Source: Escherichia phage AN_ECEAS. From it: a DNA stretch of 48,081 nt. Within the stretch, counting starts at the first letter, position 1. Every line of letters begins with the position of its first letter. Below are positions 43,316 through 48,081 of the stretch, in pieces. The notes under the pieces are model-generated. The model was not told where the DNA came from. It did no database searches and was given only the letters and a program-made list of their open reading frames with translations. The position numbers and the translations under genes were made by a program. Where the stretch lies: sequence record PP944860.1; one strand, given 5' to 3'.

Positions 43316-43391
43316 GTTCTGCTGGCGTAACAGGATAACGCAAAGACCTCCTAAGTCTTAGTTACTGGTTCGAGTCCAGTGCGGAACACCA
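43316..43391 (+). tRNA. tRNA-Arg (anticodon CCU), CCA encoded
   Basis: Hand-folded cloverleaf: 7-bp acceptor stem, U8, D-arm GCGT/ACGC, anticodon stem AAGAC/GTCTT with loop CTCCTAA, T-arm ACTGG-TTCGAGT-CCAGT, discriminator A. Confidence 0.8.
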
Positions 43392-43422
43392 AATTAAGAA
43401 ACCAATAATCCTGGGGGATTAA

Positions 43423-43635
43423 ATGAAAAAAGTAACAATCATCGTAAAAGATATTGAAAGCGGCACTTCCCAAAAATTCAACGCAACACTTGACCGTGAA
43501 CATAAATGCTTAAAGGGTGTGATTGGCGGGGTTTCAGTTAGCGCGGATATTAAAGGTTATCTCGAGCTTGAAAGAGAAATTCAAAACTATAGCAATCAGA
43601 GCGGGAAGATAAAAAATGCAGCTCTGGGATGTTAA
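43423..43635 (+). CDS. hypothetical protein
   Basis: RBS GGGGGA. Confidence 0.4.
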   Translation: MKKVTIIVKDIESGTSQKFNATLDREHKCLKGVIGGVSVSADIKGYLELEREIQNYSNQSGKIKNAALGC

Positions 43636-43804
43636 GCTTTCAATCCGATTAATGGGTCGTAGTTGCAAAAGTTGCACTCAAGAATTTATCGCGTCGGTTA
43701 CTGCTAAGTCCTCAGAGGAAGCAGTAGCGAAAGTTAAGGTAATGTCTGGTGCCGACCCGGATTACCACAAATTCCTAGTAGCTTACGTTCGTGAGCGAAA
43801 GTAA
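43616..43804 (+). CDS. hypothetical protein
   Basis: Overlapping ORF; terminator downstream. Confidence 0.35.
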   Translation: MQLWDVKLSIRLMGRSCKSCTQEFIASVTAKSSEEAVAKVKVMSGADPDYHKFLVAYVRERK

Positions 43805-43857
43805 AAGAAGTTCTACTCTCTGTTTGTTTCATATCTCTCGTTGTTGTTCGATACTTC

Positions 43858-43881
43858 GCCCTCTTCTTGAGGGCTTTTTTT
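43858..43881 (+). terminator. rho-independent terminator before packaging module
   Basis: GCCCTC-TTCTT-GAGGGC stem-loop plus T7. Confidence 0.7.
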
Positions 43882-43892
43882 CGTTTGCTATA

Positions 43893-43901
43893 TGATATAA
43901 T
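43893..43901 (+). promoter_or_regulatory. extended -10 promoter candidate TGATATAAT upstream of the TerS gene
   Basis: Exact TGnTATAAT just downstream of terminator 43858-43881. Confidence 0.4.
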
Positions 43902-43928
43902 GCATCTCTAAACAAAGGAGGTAACAAA

Positions 43929-44453
43929 ATGAAAGACGAAAACTTCACCAGTCAGGCGCAGGAAAAGGTCAGCTCTGGCAACTTTAAAGCCATGTACAAT
44001 AAAAAGTACTCAGACATTACAACGCTAGCCAAAAACCGAAGCATGACACCCGAACAGCTATTTGAATTCGCCGTGAAATACTTCTCATGGGCTGAGGACC
44101 AGGCAATCAAGGCAATCGAGACAGCCAGCTTCCAGGGTGTGGTAAAAGAGAGCCTGGTGCACAAACCACGAGTCTTCACGCTAACCGGATTCTGCCTTTA
44201 CTGCGGCGTCACCCATAGCGCCATCGAGAAATGGAGGAAGTCGGCTGGTTACGATGAGGTGATGGCATTCATTGATTCCGTGATTCGCGAGCAAAAGTAC
44301 CAGTTAGCAGCGTCCGGCATCATTAACCCTGGCATGATTTCTAAAGAGCTCGGTATCGACAAGCCGCAGGAGATTAACATCACCAGCACATCTTCAGCCA
44401 ACGACGTCGATACGATGAAAGAGGCGCTCGAATCGGTTATTAGCAAGTTGTAG
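43929..44453 (+). CDS. putative terminase small subunit
   Basis: 174 aa, RBS AAGGAGG, immediately upstream of HNH and TerL. Confidence 0.5.
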   Translation: MKDENFTSQAQEKVSSGNFKAMYNKKYSDITTLAKNRSMTPEQLFEFAVKYFSWAEDQAIKAIETASFQGVVKESLVHKPRVFTLTGFCLYCGVTHSAIEKWRKSAGYDEVMAFIDSVIREQKYQLAASGIINPGMISKELGIDKPQEINITSTSSANDVDTMKEALESVISKL

Positions 44454-44468
44454 CACTTTTTGTTAAAA
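44450..44468 (+). promoter_or_regulatory. dyad-motif promoter element GTAGCACTTTTTGTTAAAA
   Basis: GATAAT hexamer downstream; upstream of HNH gene 44521. Confidence 0.5.
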
Positions 44469-44520
44469 ATAGCGAACCAATCAGTGGGATAATGGGTCAC
44501 TAAATAAACAAGGAGAATAT

Positions 44521-44997
44521 ATGGATTGGGGTGATTTCTTCTATCTTAGTGATGATTCCGTTTCTGGTATAAAGTGGAAGGTTAATAAGGGTCGGTCAAT
44601 GGCTGGTGACGACGCTTTAACATCTGTTGGTAATGGATATTACAAAGGCAGACTCAACCAGAAGACAACGTACGCCCACAGGGTCGTTTACTTTCTTAAC
44701 TATGGCGTAATCCCTGATGTTATAGATCATATGGATGGTAATGGGCTTAACAACTCAATAGAAAACCTAAGGGATGGCACCACAGCCAAGAATATGCAAA
44801 ACAAGCTATGTAAGGGTTACAGCTACAATAAGAGGGATGACGTTTATTATGCTCAGGTAACTACAAATGGGGTGACTAAACATGTAGGTTCTTTTGCAAG
44901 CAAGGAATTGGCTATTGCTGCTTACCTAAAGGAGAAGGAATTGCAGCATGATTTCTATAACAAAGAGAGGAAGATATGCTTGTTTGGGAAAGTATGA
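44521..44997 (+). CDS. HNH homing endonuclease (terminase-associated position)
   Basis: Motif VIDHMDGNGLNNSIENLR plus AP2-like C-terminus; RBS AAGGAGAA; overlaps TerL start. Confidence 0.65.
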   Translation: MDWGDFFYLSDDSVSGIKWKVNKGRSMAGDDALTSVGNGYYKGRLNQKTTYAHRVVYFLNYGVIPDVIDHMDGNGLNNSIENLRDGTTAKNMQNKLCKGYSYNKRDDVYYAQVTTNGVTKHVGSFASKELAIAAYLKEKELQHDFYNKERKICLFGKV

Positions 44998-46538
44998 GCC
45001 AGCAGGAAAAGCTGGCTGTAAAACTTATATCAGAGAATAGTTTTGAGGGATTTTTAAGGTGCTGGTTTTCCATTACTCAGGGTGAGAGATACATCCCTAA
45101 CTGGCACCACAAGTATCTTTGCAGAATCATCGATGAGATTATCGCAGGTGAGCGTAAGGACACAATCATCAACATAGCACCCGGGAGTGGGAAGACAGAG
45201 ATAGCATCAATTCACTTCCCAGCCTACTCCATGGTTAAGTTGAAGAAGGTAAGGAACCTTAACATCTCGTTTGCCGACTCACTTGTTAAGCGTAACTCTA
45301 AGCGAGTGCGTGACCTGATTAAGTCGGTTGAGTTCCAGGAGTTGTGGCCCTGCAAGTTTGGCACATGTAAGGATGATGAGCTACAGATTCTGGATGAGTC
45401 TGGTAAGGTTCGGTTTGAGTCAATATCTAAGGCTGCTGGAGGCCAAATAACCGGCGCAAGGGGTGGATATATAACGGATTCATATAGCGGAGCGGTTCTG
45501 TTAGATGATTTTGACAAACCAGCCGACATGCTTTCTGCTGTTTTTCGCGCTAACAATCACGTGATGCTAAAGAATACAATACGCTCTCGTAGGGCGAGCT
45601 CCGTAAAAGGAAAGGCGACGCCGATTATCTCTATCCAACAGCGCCTTCATGTGAATGATAGTACGTGGTTCATGATGAATGGCGGTATGGGTATTAGCTT
45701 CGACTTGATTAAGATACCGGCGCTCGTAACTGAGGATTACGTCGAAACGCTTCCTGACTGGATTAAGCAGCAATTCATTGATGACGTTCTATCAAGCGAA
45801 TATATTGAGCGTGATGGTGTTAGGTACTATAGCTATTTCCCTGGCAAGGAATCTGTTCACGACCTAGTTGCAATGTGGGATTCTGATAGCTATACATTCC
45901 TTAGCCAGTATCAGCAAGAACCAGTAGCACTTGGCGGCAACCTGATTAACGTAGACTGGCTTCAACGCATTAGCGACACTCTGCGACCGCCAGCTAAGTA
46001 CGATTACAGGTTTATGGTCCTTGATACTGCGATGACAACCAAAAGTTACAGCGACTTTAGTGTCATGCAGCTATGGGGTTATAAGGATGGGAAGATTTAT
46101 CTGCTTGACCAGCGGCGCGGTAAATTTGAAGCTCCTGAGCTCGAGGCTGAGTTATTGAATTTCGAGAAGATGGCTAGGGCATCCAATCAGATAGATGGCA
46201 TCCTTCGTAAAATCATCATCGAGAAGAAAGCCTCTGGTATTGGCCTGATTCAATCAGCCGGAAGGGTTATGCGAACGCCTATCGAGCCGTACGTTCCTGA
46301 TAACGATAAGCTGACTCGCGTAATGAGTGCATTGCCGCAGATTAAAGCTGGTAACGTAATCCTTCCGGAGTCTGCTACTTGGCTTAATGGCTTGCTAACG
46401 GAGATTGCGGCATTCACGGCAGATGATTCACATGTTCACGATGACCAGATAGACTGTTTGACAATGGCTGTCAACCTGGTACTGAACATTGCAGAAGACC
46501 CTAAATCGAGGATGATGCGCCTCGCTGGCATCAAATAG
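44976..46538 (+). CDS. terminase large subunit
   Basis: Walker A IAPGSGKT, Walker B VLLDD, C-terminal nuclease acidic motifs; RBS AGAGAGGAAG. Confidence 0.8.
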   Translation: MLVWESMSQQEKLAVKLISENSFEGFLRCWFSITQGERYIPNWHHKYLCRIIDEIIAGERKDTIINIAPGSGKTEIASIHFPAYSMVKLKKVRNLNISFADSLVKRNSKRVRDLIKSVEFQELWPCKFGTCKDDELQILDESGKVRFESISKAAGGQITGARGGYITDSYSGAVLLDDFDKPADMLSAVFRANNHVMLKNTIRSRRASSVKGKATPIISIQQRLHVNDSTWFMMNGGMGISFDLIKIPALVTEDYVETLPDWIKQQFIDDVLSSEYIERDGVRYYSYFPGKESVHDLVAMWDSDSYTFLSQYQQEPVALGGNLINVDWLQRISDTLRPPAKYDYRFMVLDTAMTTKSYSDFSVMQLWGYKDGKIYLLDQRRGKFEAPELEAELLNFEKMARASNQIDGILRKIIIEKKASGIGLIQSAGRVMRTPIEPYVPDNDKLTRVMSALPQIKAGNVILPESATWLNGLLTEIAAFTADDSHVHDDQIDCLTMAVNLVLNIAEDPKSRMMRLAGIK

Positions 46539-46553
46539 CACGTTTTGCTAAAG
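46535..46553 (+). promoter_or_regulatory. dyad-motif promoter element ATAGCACGTTTTGCTAAAG
   Basis: Overlaps TerL stop; TATAGT 46574-46579; upstream of moron 46608. Confidence 0.55.
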
Positions 46554-46607
46554 ACGCGCCGCCAAGGATGGCTTATAGTTACTTCACGCAAACGAGAGGA
46601 GTAAAAA

Positions 46608-46961
46608 ATGAAAGCAGTATTTAAAGGGTATAAAAAAGCTGGTTATTTTGATTTTACCGTTGGTAAGATTTATGACTTATCAAGAACGCCTGGAAGTAAT
46701 AATGAATACGTCAAAGTTAAGGATGATAAAGGCTATTTGGGCGTAATTAATCTTAGTGTTTATGATTTCGAAGTTATAGAGCCTACCGATTTTGTCGTTA
46801 AAGGTGATAATTTTAAAGTTGAAAAGGCTGGGATTAAATACTTCATCAACAAAGACATAGTAACTAAAGAGGCATTTTATGAAGTCAGAAGGGAGGTTCG
46901 CCAGTTAACACTTAATGGAGTGAAAACATCATCAATCAAGTTCGAAGTAAAATTCGAGTAA
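46608..46961 (+). CDS. hypothetical protein (AT-rich moron between TerL and portal)
   Basis: Own dyad-motif promoter 46535-46553 and own terminator; RBS GAGAGGAG. Confidence 0.5.
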   Translation: MKAVFKGYKKAGYFDFTVGKIYDLSRTPGSNNEYVKVKDDKGYLGVINLSVYDFEVIEPTDFVVKGDNFKVEKAGIKYFINKDIVTKEAFYEVRREVRQLTLNGVKTSSIKFEVKFE

Positions 46962-46983
46962 CCATAAAAGCTATGCTAAACTA

Positions 46984-47005
46984 AGCCCCTAAATGGGGCT
47001 TTTTA
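46984..47005 (+). terminator. rho-independent terminator after moron 46608..46961
   Basis: AGCCCC-TAAAT-GGGGCT stem-loop plus T4. Confidence 0.6.
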
Positions 47006-47019
47006 TTGGAGCAAATAAA

Positions 47020-48081
47020 ATGGTAAAAGCAGATTCATACGCCACGCAATTTCTTGGTGGCTCCAGTGATGGTAGCGAGATTTACGGGCACTTTGGCAAC
47101 ACGTATCTTACACCTCCTTTCGCTGATTCACTGTACGCATCAAACTCAATTGTACGCCGCATCGTCGACACCATACCGGAGACAGCAATCGCCGCAGGTT
47201 TCCATATCGATGGTATTGATAACGAAGGTGAATTCTGGTCCAGGTGGGATTACCTGAAGGTTAACGAGTCAATCTCTGACGCATGGTCATGGGCGAGGTT
47301 ATTTGGCGGCTCTGCAATTGTGGCTATCGTTAAGGACAATCGTGCGCTAACTAGCCCGGTACGTGAAGGCGCGGAACTTGAATCACTTCGCGTTTATGAG
47401 CGTAGCCAGGTAAGAGTTCAGACTAAGGAGGAAAACCCTCGCAATGTGCGATTCGGTAAGCCATTAACGTATCGCATCACGCCAGAAGGTGGCGCCATGT
47501 TTTATGATGTGCACTACTCGCGAGTTCACATTATTGATGGCGAGAAGATTCCTAGTTCATTGCGTCGCGGTAATGACGGGTGGGGTGCTAGCGTTCTGGT
47601 TCCTGACCTGCTTGAATCAATCAAGGATTATCAGACGTGTGAGAAACTGGCAACTCAGTTATTGCGCCGCAAGCAGCAGGCGGTGTGGAAGGCTAAAGGC
47701 CTTGCTGAACTGTGTGACGACGCGGAAGGTTTTGGTGCGGCGAGGTTGAGGCTTGCCCAGGTTGATGATAACTCTGGCGTTGGTCGCGCGATTGGTATCG
47801 ACGCTGAAGCTGAAGAGTACAGCGTTCTTAACTCGGATATTGGTGGGATTGATGGATTCCTCGATAAGAAGTTCGACAGAATTGTTGCTCTGAGCGGTAT
47901 CCATGAAATCATTCTCAAAGGTCGTAACGTTGGCGGGTTGTCATCAAGCCAGAATACAGCGCTAGAGACTTTCCACAAGCTAATCGACCGCAAGCGCAAT
48001 GAGGAGTTACTTCCAGTGCTTGGTTTCTTAATCCCATTCATCACAACCGAGCAGGAATGGTCAGTTGAGTTTAACCCTCTA
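47020..48081 (+). CDS. putative portal protein, N-terminal part (ORF open at window end, continues at 1..285)
   Basis: ATG 47020 with RBS GGAG; no stop before window end; position after terminase. Confidence 0.5.
   Translation, partial: MVKADSYATQFLGGSSDGSEIYGHFGNTYLTPPFADSLYASNSIVRRIVDTIPETAIAAGFHIDGIDNEGEFWSRWDYLKVNESISDAWSWARLFGGSAIVAIVKDNRALTSPVREGAELESLRVYERSQVRVQTKEENPRNVRFGKPLTYRITPEGGAMFYDVHYSRVHIIDGEKIPSSLRRGNDGWGASVLVPDLLESIKDYQTCEKLATQLLRRKQQAVWKAKGLAELCDDAEGFGAARLRLAQVDDNSGVGRAIGIDAEAEEYSVLNSDIGGIDGFLDKKFDRIVALSGIHEIILKGRNVGGLSSSQNTALETFHKLIDRKRNEELLPVLGFLIPFITTEQEWSVEFNPL
48007..48081. repeat. terminal direct repeat (identical to 1-75)
   Basis: Exact 75-bp identity of the two window ends. 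Confidence 0.95.

Noticed and set aside
43124-43330. Track + ORF of 68 aa
   Set aside because: Overlaps the 5' half of the tRNA-Arg gene and has no RBS; region more likely non-coding leader.
47655-48044. Minus-strand ORFs antisense to the portal gene (also 47054..47257 + and 47489..47749 + in other frames)
   Set aside because: The portal frame is open across the whole region and continues over the window junction; the alternatives lack RBSs.
1-48081. Temperate lifestyle (integrase, CI-like repressor, attP)
   Set aside because: No tyrosine or serine recombinase-like ORF and no repressor/Cro pair recognised by eye; the only HTH proteins look like activators or enzyme fusions. Not excluded without a homology search.

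Overview
The window reads as a complete, circularly closed ~48 kb tailed-phage (siphovirus-type) genome; bases 1-75 are identical to 48007-48081, so one gene (putative portal) wraps across the window ends. All calls below are from reading the sequence and ORF track by eye; no searches were run. Layout: early/recombination genes on + (18958-21807: PD-(D/E)XK exonuclease, frameshifted HNH, ERF, SSB); a leftward block (25915-21838: HTH protein, primase-like, beta-helix tailspike); a rightward replication/nucleotide/lysis block (26012-34845: SF2 helicase carrying an intein, VRR-NUC, small ORFs, HTH-metallophosphoesterase, HAD phosphatase, dNMP kinase, holin, SAR-type endolysin, unimolecular spanin); a leftward block (38356-34857: small ORFs, HNH, P-loop ATPase); then a long rightward block (39029 through the junction to 17174: many small accessory ORFs, HNH nuclease, tRNA-Arg(CCU), TerS, HNH, TerL, portal, head genes with a collagen-like fibre protein, lambda-like tail module G/GT-H-M-L-K-I-J); and a short leftward pair (18412-17205: lipoprotein plus partner). 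The lysis cassette, the lambda-like tail module, the lipoprotein and the genome size resemble T1-like (Drexlerviridae) phages, but this is inference. No integrase or repressor was recognised, so the phage is probably virulent. The most striking feature is a 19-bp dyad-symmetric motif (ATAGCACGAATTGCTAAAG, core TAGCA-N5-TGCTA) present 18 times in a fixed promoter-like architecture, apparently defining a phage-specific regulon. Other notable items are two paralogous ~300-bp control regions at the strand-switch points (one with iteron-like repeats), an intein in helicase motif II whose endonuclease domain sits in a different frame, and a programmed -1 frameshift site in the tail chaperone gene.
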